NCBI GenBank assembly: GCA_964492965.1
Contig: CAZBME010000010.1
Coordinates: forward strand, 11,031-75,030
Direction: 5' to 3'
From: an uncultured Syntrophaceae bacterium
Lineage (GTDB): Bacteria > Desulfobacterota > Syntrophia > Syntrophales > UBA8958
Length of the DNA stretch: 64,000 bases
The notes beneath the pieces were generated by a model, which was not told the origin of the DNA, did no database searches, and was given only the letters and a program-made list of their open reading frames with translations. A program made the position numbers and the translations under genes. Positions within the stretch are counted from its first letter, which is position 1. Each line of letters starts with the position of its first letter. Shown here one piece after another: positions 36,362 through 46,009 of the stretch.

Positions 36362-36589
36362 ATGAAGAAGCTAATGTCAATCGTTGTTTCCATCCTGTTC
36401 GCCCTGTCACTGTCAGGTCTTGCTTTCGCTCAGGCAGCAAAAGAGGCAAAGCCCGCAGCAGAGCCCGCAAAGGCTGAGGAGAAGGCTCCGGCAAAGGAGA
36501 AGAAGGCAAAGAAGGAGAAGAAGGCAAAGAAAGAGAAGAAGGCTGAGAAGGCGGCTGAAGAGAAGGCCCCGGCACCGGAGAAAAAGTAA
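36362..36589 (+). CDS. Small secreted Lys/Ala/Glu-rich low-complexity protein
   Basis: A strong RBS (AAAGGAGGTGA) lies 7 nt upstream. The signal peptide is MKKLMSIVVSILFALSLSGLAFA. The mature part is AKEAKPAAEPAKAEEKAPAKEKKAKKEKKAKKEKKAEK... Confidence 0.8.
   Translation: MKKLMSIVVSILFALSLSGLAFAQAAKEAKPAAEPAKAEEKAPAKEKKAKKEKKAKKEKKAEKAAEEKAPAPEKK
36497..36550 (+). repeat. Three tandem 18-bp repeats (GAGAAGAAGGCAAAGAAG) encoding EKKAKK units
   Basis: The copies lie at 36497-36514, 36515-36532 and 36533-36550. Relative to the first copy, the second has one substitution and the third has three. Confidence 0.9.
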
Positions 36590-36626
36590 TTTCCACCAGC
36601 TTTGTCACTTTATACAAAGAAAAAAA

Positions 36627-36655
36627 GGCTCCCGAGAAATCAGGAGTCTTTTTTT
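36627..36655. terminator. Bidirectional intrinsic terminator between convergent genes
   Basis: The stem pairs GGCUCC (36627-36632) with GGAGUC (36643-36648). It is flanked by an A-run upstream and a U-run (36649-36655) downstream. Confidence 0.7.
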
Positions 36656-36714
36656 ATGTTTTTATATCGATTTCAAATCGAAGAAAATATCCGGCCAAGA
36701 GCAAGCGCTTAATA

Positions 36715-37563
36715 CTACCGGCGCAGGCGGGGATCGAGGGCATCGCGGATGCCTTCGCCCAGCAGATTATAGCCCAGAACAGTGATGAGGATCGCCAGGC
36801 CAGGATAGAGAGACAGCCACCAGGCGATATCGATATTATCTTTGCCTGCCGTCAGGATATTGCCCCAACTGGGGGTCGGCGGCTGGACGCCGATGCCCAG
36901 AAAGCTGAGGGCCGATTCCGTCAGGATGGCTCCGGCCACGCCCAGCGTCGCCGCAACGAGAATGGAGGTCATGGCGTTCGGGAGGATGTGCAGGAAGATG
37001 ATCCGCATATCGCCGGCGCCGATGGCGCGTGCGGCCAGGACAAACTCCCTTTCCTTCAGGGAGATGAAATCTGCGCGGACAAGCCTCGTAATGCCCATCC
37101 ATCCGGTGGCGCCGATGATGATCATGATATTCCAGATCGACGGCTCCAGGAAGGCGATCACCGCCAGGATGAGGAAAAACGTCGGGAAACAGAGCATGAT
37201 GTCCACAAAACGCATGATCACGGCGTCAACCCATTTGCCGTAATATCCGGCGACGGCTCCCAGGATTGTCCCGATAATGACCGCCAATCCCGTGGCGACA
37301 AAGCCTACTTTCAGAGAAATCCCGGCACCCCAGATCATGCGGCTCATGACGTCGCGTCCGAGTTGATCCGTTCCGAACCAGTGCTGGGCCGAAGGCGACG
37401 CCAGGATGTTGCCCAGGTCGATTTTCACCGGATCATAAGGAGCAAGCCATGGGGACAGAAAAGACAGGACAAACAAGGCCACCACAATCGCGCTCCCTGT
37501 CAAGGCCAGTGAATTCTTGCGAAATTTTCTCCAGAAATCAGGAAACATTGATCGTCCCTTCAA
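36715..37563 (-). CDS. ABC transporter permease, DppC/OppC type
   Basis: Carries PYDPVKIDLGN, HWFGTDQLGRDV and the EAA-loop region LAARAIGAG. Confidence 0.88.
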   Translation of the reverse strand: MKGRSMFPDFWRKFRKNSLALTGSAIVVALFVLSFLSPWLAPYDPVKIDLGNILASPSAQHWFGTDQLGRDVMSRMIWGAGISLKVGFVATGLAVIIGTILGAVAGYYGKWVDAVIMRFVDIMLCFPTFFLILAVIAFLEPSIWNIMIIIGATGWMGITRLVRADFISLKEREFVLAARAIGAGDMRIIFLHILPNAMTSILVAATLGVAGAILTESALSFLGIGVQPPTPSWGNILTAGKDNIDIAWWLSLYPGLAILITVLGYNLLGEGIRDALDPRLRR

Positions 37564-37569
37564 CAGCCA

Positions 37570-38547
37570 TTATGACACCCGGATCCGCGGGTCCGCCAAT
37601 GCGTAAGACACATCGGCGATCAGATTGCCCAGGAGCGTCAAGATGGCCCCTATGAACAGAATCCCCATTACCGTCGGATAATCCCTCGACATGACGGCCA
37701 TATAAAAAAGTTGCCCCATCCCGGGGATGGCAAAAATGGTCTCGAAAATAACGCTGCCGCCGATCAGCCCCGGCACGGACAGGCCCAGAATCGTAATCAC
37801 CGGCAGGAGTGCGTTGCGCAGGGCATGCTTATAGATGACGACCCGTTCGCTGAGGCCTTTTGCTCTGGCGGTCATAATATAATCCTGGCCGATCACTTCG
37901 AGCATGTTGGCCCGCATATAGCGGGAGAGCCCGGCCAGCCCGCCGAAAGCCGAGAGAAGAACAGGCAGAATCAGATGTTTTACAAGATCCCATACGGCAA
38001 CACCCGGAGGCAGGTATTCGTAATTGAGGGAGCGGATCCCCGAGATGGGAAGCCATGCCAGATGAACGCCGAACAGGATCATGAGGAGCAGGGCCAACCA
38101 GAAGGTTGGGATGGCAAAGCCGATGAAAACGAAAATAGAGGTCATCTTGTCGAAAAGGGAGTCCTTGTGGACCGCCGCCAGGATACCTATCGGCAGGGCG
38201 ATCAACAGAATCAAGCCCAGAGACAAAACGTTCAGGCTGATCGTGACGGGCAGTCTCTCCATGATTTTATCCGCCACCGGCCGGCGGTCGGGAGAGAAGG
38301 ATTTGCCCAGGTCCAAAACGGCTACTTTTTTGACCCAGATCCAATACTGCTGGTAAATAGGTTTGTCCAGGTCATACATAGCCCGCAGGCGTTCCTTCAA
38401 TTCCGCCGAAGCTCGCGGATTCATCTGGGTCTGCAGGTCCGTCGGCGAACCGGGGGCCAGATGCATGACCGTAAAACAGATGATAGTAATCCCGATAAGC
38501 ACGGGTACCATAAATAACAATCTTTTAAGGATATATTGCAGCATCAC
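37570..38547 (-). CDS. ABC transporter permease, DppB/OppB type
   Basis: Starts [24 protein letters not shown]. The EAA-loop is [24 protein letters not shown]. Confidence 0.88.
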   Translation of the reverse strand: MMLQYILKRLLFMVPVLIGITIICFTVMHLAPGSPTDLQTQMNPRASAELKERLRAMYDLDKPIYQQYWIWVKKVAVLDLGKSFSPDRRPVADKIMERLPVTISLNVLSLGLILLIALPIGILAAVHKDSLFDKMTSIFVFIGFAIPTFWLALLLMILFGVHLAWLPISGIRSLNYEYLPPGVAVWDLVKHLILPVLLSAFGGLAGLSRYMRANMLEVIGQDYIMTARAKGLSERVVIYKHALRNALLPVITILGLSVPGLIGGSVIFETIFAIPGMGQLFYMAVMSRDYPTVMGILFIGAILTLLGNLIADVSYALADPRIRVS

Positions 38548-38600
38548 CCATCCTTTTTACCGCCAACGCTTCAGCCTTTAGTCTTCAATCTGATCCCCTG

Positions 38601-39386
38601 CTACACCATGCCCATCGCCTTCAGATTTTCCAGAGATTGCCACAGGGTTGTTTCGCTATGGGCTTCCAGGGTCATGATGGGTTGGAGGCCTTTATCACGC
38701 AACATGCCGAAAAGTTTAAAAAATGGAAAGGAGCCGTCACCGATGGCCAGGTGTTCATCTGCCGCGCCGCTGTTATCGTGAAGATGCAATTCAAAGATAT
38801 AAGGGGCCATCGTGTTGATCCAGTCTTCAAGAGGCGCCCGGGAAAAAACGTTGAAGTGGCCCGTATCAAAGCAAAATCGCAACCGTGGCGAGGCACAGGC
38901 TTCCACAAGACGATTCAAAATGCCGGGCTGCTTTTCATAGACGTTCTCAAGAGAGATGGTCGTGTCCCATTGTTCGGCAATGGTCAAAAGCGTTTGCCAT
39001 GTTTCAACGCTGTTTTTGAGCCAGAGCTCCTCCGTAGAAACATAATATCGGTTATCGAACGAAGGATGGCATACCACGGAACGGGGGTGGAAATAGGCCG
39101 CCAGATCAAGGACTGTGCGGATGCGGTCCAGGGAGGCCTGACGGATGACGGGATCGATGGCGCCGGGACGCAAATCCATAAAGGGCGCATGAAATGTGGT
39201 TGTGAGTCCCGCATTAAGAATCCGGTCGGCAACCCGCCGGTAATCCTCTGTATTAAAACGTTCCAGCGTGATATGATCAAAACTGATTTCCGGATTGATC
39301 TTCTGTTTAAGGACCAGGGGAAGATATCGGTCATAAAGATCGCGAAAAGGCATATGAGCCTGTATTTTCTGTAATATAGCCTCCAT
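38601..39386 (-). CDS. Sugar-phosphate isomerase/epimerase family (xylose-isomerase-like TIM barrel) protein
   Basis: 261 aa with FHAPF, ISLENV, FCFDTGH and LHLHDN metal-ligand-type blocks. Confidence 0.7.
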   Translation of the reverse strand: MEAILQKIQAHMPFRDLYDRYLPLVLKQKINPEISFDHITLERFNTEDYRRVADRILNAGLTTTFHAPFMDLRPGAIDPVIRQASLDRIRTVLDLAAYFHPRSVVCHPSFDNRYYVSTEELWLKNSVETWQTLLTIAEQWDTTISLENVYEKQPGILNRLVEACASPRLRFCFDTGHFNVFSRAPLEDWINTMAPYIFELHLHDNSGAADEHLAIGDGSFPFFKLFGMLRDKGLQPIMTLEAHSETTLWQSLENLKAMGMV

Positions 39387-39538
39387 GGGCGATCAAAACC
39401 TTTCTGATGAGATCACGTCACATGCAACGGGTAATGCGGTGGTAATGCTCTATCATATGACTTAACGATACTCAACCGGCAAGTGAACTATTGGATTTGA
39501 TGTTGACGGTACAATAAAATTATGTTACTGAAAACAAT

Positions 39539-39967
39539 ATGTTATCTTTACAGGAGGGTTTTTTGGTAAAAAAAGCAAAAAATGATTCAGCAAAGCGCGT
39601 CCTGCAATGCATAAATGCAGCATTACAGAGGAAAGCAAAGGATCTCGTCGTTATGAAAATGATGGCCCTGTCGTCCTTTGCCGACTATTTTATCATCTGC
39701 AGCGGCACGTCGGACCGGCAGGTCAAGGCCATTGCTTCGTGGCTGGACGAAAGCCTGAAGAAGGACGGAATGACGCTGCTGGGTAAGGAAGGGCTTCAGC
39801 ACGGGCAATGGGTGTTGATGGATTATGGCGATATTGTCATCCATATCTTTTATGAGCCTGTCAGGGCGTTTTATGATATCGAACGCCTTTGGGCAGAGGC
39901 TCCAAAGATGGTGATTGACGACGATACCATAGAAATTAGCGTCCTTGATAAGGGTATCGCCGATTGA
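39539..39967 (+). CDS. rsfS: Ribosome silencing factor
   Basis: Carries the iojap-like block FADYFIICSGTSDRQVKAI...WVLMDYGDIVIHIF. A possible alternative TTG start at 39563 lies behind AGGAGGG. Confidence 0.88.
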   Translation: MLSLQEGFLVKKAKNDSAKRVLQCINAALQRKAKDLVVMKMMALSSFADYFIICSGTSDRQVKAIASWLDESLKKDGMTLLGKEGLQHGQWVLMDYGDIVIHIFYEPVRAFYDIERLWAEAPKMVIDDDTIEISVLDKGIAD

Positions 39968-40683
39968 GAAAGCTTCTGACAGGGGTGGCGGATGTCATAT
40001 TTCCGCCCCGCTGTCCGATGTGCCATGCCGTTCTTCAGAACAAAGCCGCCGGACTCTTCTGTGACGAATGCACATCGCGGGTTACAATCATCCGTCCGCC
40101 CTTATGCCCGGCGTGCGGCTTGCCTTTCAAAACAGCGGAAGGATCGAATCATCTCTGCGGCGAATGTATTCTTTCTCCCAAGGCCTTTTCCACGGCCCGC
40201 GCTGTCGGACGTTACGAGGCCGCTCTCCTGGAGGCCATTCACAGCTTCAAATATCAGGGCAAAACGGCCTTGGGGAAAATACTGGGTGTATTCATGGCCG
40301 AACATGACTACGCGGATTTTCGGATTCCGTCTTACACCATGATCGTGCCTGTTCCCCTGCATGTCAGGCGGTTGCGGGAAAGGGCATTCAATCAGTCCCT
40401 GGTTCTGGCCGGTGTTGTTGCCGGGAAATACGCCATTCCTCTTGATTTTACGGCACTGAAAAGGCATATCTATACGCAGCCTCAGATCACTCTGGGTAAG
40501 GCGGAACGTCAGGCAAATGTCCGGGGGGCCTTTCAGGTCAAAAGTCCGGGAAAAATCAAGGGGCAAAAGATTCTCCTGATCGATGATGTTTATACGACAG
40601 GCAGCACCTTGGATGAATGTGCCCGTGTTCTGATGAAAAACGGTGCGGCTGATGTGGGTGTGCTGACTCTGGCCCGCGCATAG
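39964..40683 (+). CDS. ComF-family protein (phosphoribosyltransferase domain)
   Basis: The N-terminal zinc ribbon is PPRCPMC...CDEC...CPACG...CGEC. The C-terminal PRT motif is ILLIDDVYTTGST. 4-nt overlap with rsfS. Confidence 0.85.
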   Translation: MRKLLTGVADVIFPPRCPMCHAVLQNKAAGLFCDECTSRVTIIRPPLCPACGLPFKTAEGSNHLCGECILSPKAFSTARAVGRYEAALLEAIHSFKYQGKTALGKILGVFMAEHDYADFRIPSYTMIVPVPLHVRRLRERAFNQSLVLAGVVAGKYAIPLDFTALKRHIYTQPQITLGKAERQANVRGAFQVKSPGKIKGQKILLIDDVYTTGSTLDECARVLMKNGAADVGVLTLARA

Positions 40684-40831
40684 CATGATGAACTCGTAAA
40701 GGCCGGAATTCCGAATATCCATGAAGTTCCGGAGCCCGGCGTCCGCCGTGGTAAACGTATGGGGCCTTTCTGCGAGGCCGTCAATCACTGGGTCTTGAAA
40801 AACGCATGGCGTTTAAGGCTGGAGGTTGCTC

Positions 40832-41308
40832 ATGGGTAAAATCCTCTCGAAGGAACAATTAAAGGTCCGGCTGGATGAACACCGTCAGGAAGGCAAAAAA
40901 ATCGTCTTTACCAACGGCTGTTTCGATATCCTTCATGTCGGCCATGTCCGGTATCTCCAGGAGGCGAGAAAGCTGGGCGACTTACTGGTTCTGGGGTTGA
41001 ACAGTGATTCGTCCGTGCGGACCCTCAAGGGGGAAAAGCGTCCCCTGGTGCCCCAGGATGAACGGGCCGATGTCCTGGCCGCTCTGGAAGCTATCAATTA
41101 TGTCACCATCTTTGATGAAGCCACCCCCCTGGAATTGATCGAATATCTGAAGCCCGATTTTCTGGTCAAGGGCGGGGACTGGTCGGAAGACGAGATCGTC
41201 GGCGCCGATGCCATCAGGAAGTGGGGCGGGCGGGTGATCGTAGCCCCTTTAATCCAGGGACGATCAACGACGAATGTCGTGGAAAAGATCCTACAGGTGT
41301 ATAGATAA
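40832..41308 (+). CDS. rfaE2: D-glycero-beta-D-manno-heptose 1-phosphate adenylyltransferase (RfaE domain II / HldC)
   Basis: The cytidylyltransferase fold carries [16 protein letters not shown] and FLVKGGDW. Start placed at ATG 40832 behind GGAGG. Confidence 0.88.
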   Translation: MGKILSKEQLKVRLDEHRQEGKKIVFTNGCFDILHVGHVRYLQEARKLGDLLVLGLNSDSSVRTLKGEKRPLVPQDERADVLAALEAINYVTIFDEATPLELIEYLKPDFLVKGGDWSEDEIVGADAIRKWGGRVIVAPLIQGRSTTNVVEKILQVYR

Positions 41309-41310
41309 TC

Positions 41311-42858
41311 ATGGGCAACGATTACATCCTCGCTCTTGATAATGGCACCCAAAGCGTCCGTGCCCTTTTGTTTGACATCCAGGGCAACCTGAAGGCCAAA
41401 TCCCGGGTCGTTATCGATCCCTACATCTCCCCGCAGGCGGGTTGGGCAGAACAAAGTCCGGAATACTACTGGGAAATGATCTGCCGGGCCTGTCGACAGC
41501 TCTGGCAGGAAACGGATATTTCGCCTGCCGCCATTGCAGGCGTAGCTCTAACCACGCAACGAGCGACGGTTGTCAACGTTGACGATAAAGGAAATTCCCT
41601 GCGCCCTGCCATTGTTTGGCTCGATCAGCGGCGTACGGAAAAGATGAAGCCGCCGGGCGGCTTCTGGGGGATGGCCTTCAAAATATCCGGAAATGCGGAA
41701 ACGATCGCCTACCTCCAGGCCGAAGCGGAGGCCAACTGGATTGCCGCCAATCAGCCCGATATCTGGCGGAGCACCTATAAATATCTTTTTCTTTCCGGCT
41801 ACCTTACGTTTCGCCTGACAGGCCGGTTTGTTGATTCCGTCGGGTCTCAGGTCGGCTATGTTCCTTTCGATTACAAGCATCACCGCTGGGCGGCACGGTG
41901 GAACTGGAAATGGAAGATCCTGCCGATCGAGCCGTCCATGCTTCCCGATCTTGTTCCCCCAACCGCAGAATTGGGACGAATCACGGCCGAGGCGGCCCGG
42001 CAGACAGGCATCCCCGAAGGTTTGCCCCTGATTGCCGCCGCTGCGGACAAGGCCTGTGAAATCATCGGAGCGGGCTGTCTGCACCCCCACATGGCTTGCC
42101 TGAGTTACGGAACCACTGCCACCATCAATGCCACGCACAAAAAATATATCGAGGCCATCCCTCTGATTCCGCCTTATCCTGCGGCCGTTCCCGGCGCGTA
42201 TACGATGGAGATCATGATTTATAGAGGTTATTGGATGGTAAGCTGGTTCAAGAAGGAATTTGCACATGAGGAACAACTTATGGCGAGGGAACAGGGCGTC
42301 GATCCGGAAATGCTCTTTGACGAGCTGGTCAAACAATCGCCCCCGGGCGCTATGGGATTGATTCTCCAGCCATACTGGTCGCCGGGGCTTAAAGTCCCCG
42401 GACCGGAGGCCCGGGGCGCGATCATCGGTTTCGGCGATGTTCATAACCGGGCTCATGTCTACCGGGCCATTCTGGAAGGGCTGGCCTATGCCCTGCGGGA
42501 AGGGAAAGAGCGATTGGAGGAGCGGAGCGGCGTTCCCATTACGGAACTTCGTGTTGCCGGCGGCGGTTCCCAGAGTGACGCGGCCATGCAGTTGACCGCC
42601 GATATCTTTGGCCTGCCCGTGGGAAGGCCGCACGTCTATGACGCCTCCGGACTTGGAGCGGCCATTGTTGCCTCTGTGGGCCTTGGACTGCATAGCGACT
42701 TTGACACGGCCGTCCGGCAGATGACCCGTGTCGGACGCGTCTTTGAGCCGAATCCCCAAACCCGGGACATTTACAACAAGCTCTATCACCGTGTTTACAA
42801 ACAGATGTATCGAAAGCTCAAGCCGCTCTATGAAGAAATCAGGAAAATCATCTCCTGA
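41311..42858 (+). CDS. FGGY-family carbohydrate kinase, substrate unknown
   Basis: Carries [30 protein letters not shown] and the C-terminal VAGGGSQSD. Confidence 0.85.
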   Translation: MGNDYILALDNGTQSVRALLFDIQGNLKAKSRVVIDPYISPQAGWAEQSPEYYWEMICRACRQLWQETDISPAAIAGVALTTQRATVVNVDDKGNSLRPAIVWLDQRRTEKMKPPGGFWGMAFKISGNAETIAYLQAEAEANWIAANQPDIWRSTYKYLFLSGYLTFRLTGRFVDSVGSQVGYVPFDYKHHRWAARWNWKWKILPIEPSMLPDLVPPTAELGRITAEAARQTGIPEGLPLIAAAADKACEIIGAGCLHPHMACLSYGTTATINATHKKYIEAIPLIPPYPAAVPGAYTMEIMIYRGYWMVSWFKKEFAHEEQLMAREQGVDPEMLFDELVKQSPPGAMGLILQPYWSPGLKVPGPEARGAIIGFGDVHNRAHVYRAILEGLAYALREGKERLEERSGVPITELRVAGGGSQSDAAMQLTADIFGLPVGRPHVYDASGLGAAIVASVGLGLHSDFDTAVRQMTRVGRVFEPNPQTRDIYNKLYHRVYKQMYRKLKPLYEEIRKIIS

Positions 42859-43013
42859 CGCTCCAATCATAAGGAGGGGGAGGTTTCCTGGAAGGCCGTT
42901 TTGGCATCTATTCCCGTTCAGTCCTGGAACGGAAATAGACGCCGGTGACGACAGATAAATATTGCTTAACTATTTAATACTATAGAGAATAATACTCCGT
43001 CGGCATTTTTTTC

Positions 43014-43042
43014 TTTACAAAAATATTTGTATCGTGTATGAG
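43014..43042 (+). promoter_or_regulatory. Candidate sigma70 promoter of dksA-priA
   Basis: TTTACA (43014-43019) N17 TATGAG (43037-43042). Confidence 0.4.
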
Positions 43043-43085
43043 CTCTCACTTCAATAAAAAAAGTTATACCAAAGAGGTGAGAGTC

Positions 43086-43454
43086 ATGGCTCTGAAGCCG
43101 GAAAGACTTGAATTTTTCCGTTTCATGCTGACGCAGGAAATCAACAATCTGCTGAGCGAGGCAGAGAAGACCGTTTCGGAAATGACCAACGGCAAGGAGA
43201 ATTATCCCGATCCCAACGACCGGGCGTCGCTTGAATCAGACAGGAATTTTGAACTCCGCATCCGTGATCGCGAACGAAAGCTGATCGCGAAGATGAGGGA
43301 AGCTATCCAGCGCATAGATGGCGGAACCTACGGGATCTGCACTTCTTGCAGCGGCGACATCTCCGATAAGCGCCTGACGGCAAGGCCGGTCACAACTCTT
43401 TGCATCGACTGCAAAACCAAACAGGAAAAGATGGAAAAACTCATGGGCGAATAA
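43086..43454 (+). CDS. dksA: DksA/TraR-family RNA-polymerase-binding regulator
   Basis: The coiled-coil tip is DPNDRA (DxxDxA). The C4 zinc finger is CTSC...CIDC. Start placed at ATG 43086 behind AGAGGTGAG. Confidence 0.85.
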   Translation: MALKPERLEFFRFMLTQEINNLLSEAEKTVSEMTNGKENYPDPNDRASLESDRNFELRIRDRERKLIAKMREAIQRIDGGTYGICTSCSGDISDKRLTARPVTTLCIDCKTKQEKMEKLMGE

Positions 43455-43516
43455 AGACCGCCCCGGACCGTATCCATCCCCATTTATACCTTCAGGACAT
43501 TGAGGAGGCCAAAGCG

Positions 43517-45949
43517 ATGTTTGTGAAGGTCGCCGTGAATATCCCTGCCCACAAATCCTTTACTTATAGTGTTCCAGAGGCGCTCCGGCAGAAAATGGCC
43601 GTGGGAAAAGGCGTTCTGGTTCCTTTCGGCCGTCGGCGGTTGACGGGTTATGTCCTGGAGACCGGCGAAAACGCAACCGAAGAAAATATCAAGGAGATTC
43701 TTGATATTACCACACAGGAACCTCTTTTTGACGCATCCGATATCGAGTTTTACCGCTGGCTGGCTGATTATTATCTTTATCCCCTGGGAAAAATCCTTGG
43801 AGACATCCTGCCGGGCGAAGACCTGAAAAGCACCCGACGCATTTCCCTCAACCGGAAGGAAGGTCAGGACCTTCCGGAAGACCTCACCGATGAACAAAAG
43901 CGAATCATAGAAGTCTTACAGTCCTCCGCCCGGGGACTCTCCGTCAATCATCTAAAAAGACAACTTCAACGCCCCGATCTTGATAAGGCCATCCGCGGGC
44001 TCCGGGATAGGGGGCTGATTGAGGAACTCGAACTCTTAGGCGGACGGCCTATTGGGCAGAAGACGGAAAAGATGATCTCCTTGGCTTTGGCAGATGGCGT
44101 CACCGAAAAACTGAACACCGGGCAGTTAGCCGTTGTTAATCTCATCCGCAGCCATGGCGAACTTTCTATTTCCAGTCTGATGGCCCTGTCGGACAAGGGG
44201 CGATCTGTTATTTCCACCCTGATCAGGAAAGGTGTGCTTGTCTCCCGGGACAGGGAGGTCCTGCGCTGTGTCGATCCCGTTGCCGTGCTTGGCGCCCCGG
44301 GAGGCTCGTTTCAGCCGAATAAGGACCAGGTGAAGGCCCTGCGGGGGATCATGAAGGGTCTCGATTCGGGGCGCTTTTCTCCCTGCCTGCTCCACGGGGT
44401 CACCGGCAGCGGCAAGACGGAGGTCTATTTCCTGGCGATCGAGGAGGTCCTTAAAAAAAACGGCGGGGTTCTTTTTCTTGTTCCGGAAATCGGTCTTACG
44501 CCTCAACTCCTGGGCCGGCTCCATGAGCGGTTTCCCGGAGAGCCGGTTGCCGTCATCCATAGCGGCATCTCCGCAGCCGTTCGCTACGATCAGTGGCGCT
44601 GCATCCGGCGCGGCGACATCAGGATCGTCGTCGGCGCCCGCTCGGCCCTCTTCGCCCCGGTCAGGGATTTGCGTCTGATTGTTGTGGATGAGGAGCACGA
44701 TGAATCGTACAAGCAGGACGACCGGATTCGGTACAACGCCCGTGACCTCGCCATTGTCAAAGGGCAGAGGAGTGGCGCGACGGTGGTCCTGGGTTCGGCC
44801 ACCCCGGCCATTCAGAGCTATTATAATGCCATCCTGGGCAAGTATTCCCGGTTTTCCATGCCGAGCCGCGTGGAAGAGCGCCCGCTTCCCCGAATCGAGA
44901 TTGTGGATATGAGGCTGGCGGATAACGGCGATGGCGGCAGAGACAGCGCCCCTATTTTCTCTCGACGCCTGCGGGAGGCCCTGCGGGAAGCCCTGGACAT
45001 GAAAAAACAGGCCCTCCTCCTCTTGAACCGGCGCGGGTTCAGCACGATCATGCTTTGCCGGGATTGCGGGCATGTCCTGAAATGCCGGAATTGCGACCTG
45101 ACCCTGACCCTTCACGCCCGCGAAGAGGCCCTGACGTGCCATTACTGCGATTTTACCATCAAGGCGGCGGCTGTCTGTCCGGAATGCGGGGGGAAGCGGA
45201 TTGCCGGTTATGGTGTCGGGACGGAGCGCCTGGAGGATATGATCAAGACCTTCTTCCCCCAGGCGAGGGTGGCGCGGATGGACCGGGACACAACCGCCCG
45301 GGCGGGAGCCCATGAAGGGATTCTCAGAGCCCTGGCGGCCGAGGAGATCGATATCCTCGTCGGCACACAAATGATTTCCAAGGGTCACGATTTTCCCGGC
45401 GTGGTCCTGGTCGGCGTGATTTCTGCCGATATATCATTGAATATTCCGGATTTCCGGGCATCGGAAAAGACGTTTCAACTCCTCACCCAGGTATCCGGTC
45501 GGGGAGGGCGGGGCGATTTTCCGGGGCAGGTGATCATCCAGACCTTCAACCCCGGTCACTATGTCCTCAGGCGTGTGCAGGATCACGACTACAGCGCCTT
45601 CTACGAAGAGGAAACCGTTCTCCGGCAATCCCTTTCCTATCCGCCATATTCCCGCATGATCAATCTGCACATCTCCTCGCTCAACCGGGACAAAGGTTGG
45701 CAGGGGGCGCAGAGTGTGGGTATGCTGGCCCGTGATTTGGCCCGTCATGCCAGATCTTCAGAAAAAGTGGAGGTGATCGGACCCGCCGAGGCGCCCCTGG
45801 CAAAGATCAGGGGAAGATACCGCTGGCATTTGCTCTTGAAAGGTAACGACAGCCGCATGCTCCACAGCCTGGCCCAGGGTATTCTGGCCCAAAAGGCCGT
45901 CCCGGGAATAGAAGTGAAGGTTGATGTGGACCCGATCAATTTTATGTAG
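43517..45949 (+). CDS. priA: Primosomal replication restart helicase PriA
   Basis: ATG 43517 lies behind GAGGAGG. Walker A is GVTGSGKTEVY and the DEEH box is VVDEEHD. The Cys-rich insert is CRDCG...CRNC...CHYC...CPECG. Confidence 0.93.
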   Translation: MFVKVAVNIPAHKSFTYSVPEALRQKMAVGKGVLVPFGRRRLTGYVLETGENATEENIKEILDITTQEPLFDASDIEFYRWLADYYLYPLGKILGDILPGEDLKSTRRISLNRKEGQDLPEDLTDEQKRIIEVLQSSARGLSVNHLKRQLQRPDLDKAIRGLRDRGLIEELELLGGRPIGQKTEKMISLALADGVTEKLNTGQLAVVNLIRSHGELSISSLMALSDKGRSVISTLIRKGVLVSRDREVLRCVDPVAVLGAPGGSFQPNKDQVKALRGIMKGLDSGRFSPCLLHGVTGSGKTEVYFLAIEEVLKKNGGVLFLVPEIGLTPQLLGRLHERFPGEPVAVIHSGISAAVRYDQWRCIRRGDIRIVVGARSALFAPVRDLRLIVVDEEHDESYKQDDRIRYNARDLAIVKGQRSGATVVLGSATPAIQSYYNAILGKYSRFSMPSRVEERPLPRIEIVDMRLADNGDGGRDSAPIFSRRLREALREALDMKKQALLLLNRRGFSTIMLCRDCGHVLKCRNCDLTLTLHAREEALTCHYCDFTIKAAAVCPECGGKRIAGYGVGTERLEDMIKTFFPQARVARMDRDTTARAGAHEGILRALAAEEIDILVGTQMISKGHDFPGVVLVGVISADISLNIPDFRASEKTFQLLTQVSGRGGRGDFPGQVIIQTFNPGHYVLRRVQDHDYSAFYEEETVLRQSLSYPPYSRMINLHISSLNRDKGWQGAQSVGMLARDLARHARSSEKVEVIGPAEAPLAKIRGRYRWHLLLKGNDSRMLHSLAQGILAQKAVPGIEVKVDVDPINFM

Positions 45950-46009
45950 CACACGGAAATTGTGGTTTAACGGAAAGACCGGCGAAAGTGAAATCGGCAT
46001 AACGCCCTT

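Noticed and set aside
36186-36617. A 143-aa minus-strand ORF rich in Pro/Ser/Leu (PSLQPPSQPSSLSLPSSP...).
   Set aside because: It is the reverse complement of the Lys/Ala/Glu repeat gene. The plus-strand ORF has a strong RBS, a signal peptide and a terminator, so the minus-strand reading is an artefact of the repeat.
42911-42935. A CCGTTC-N7-GAACGG hairpin downstream of the FGGY kinase gene.
   Set aside because: The stem is only 6 bp and is followed by AAATAGACG rather than a U-run, so it is not a convincing terminator.
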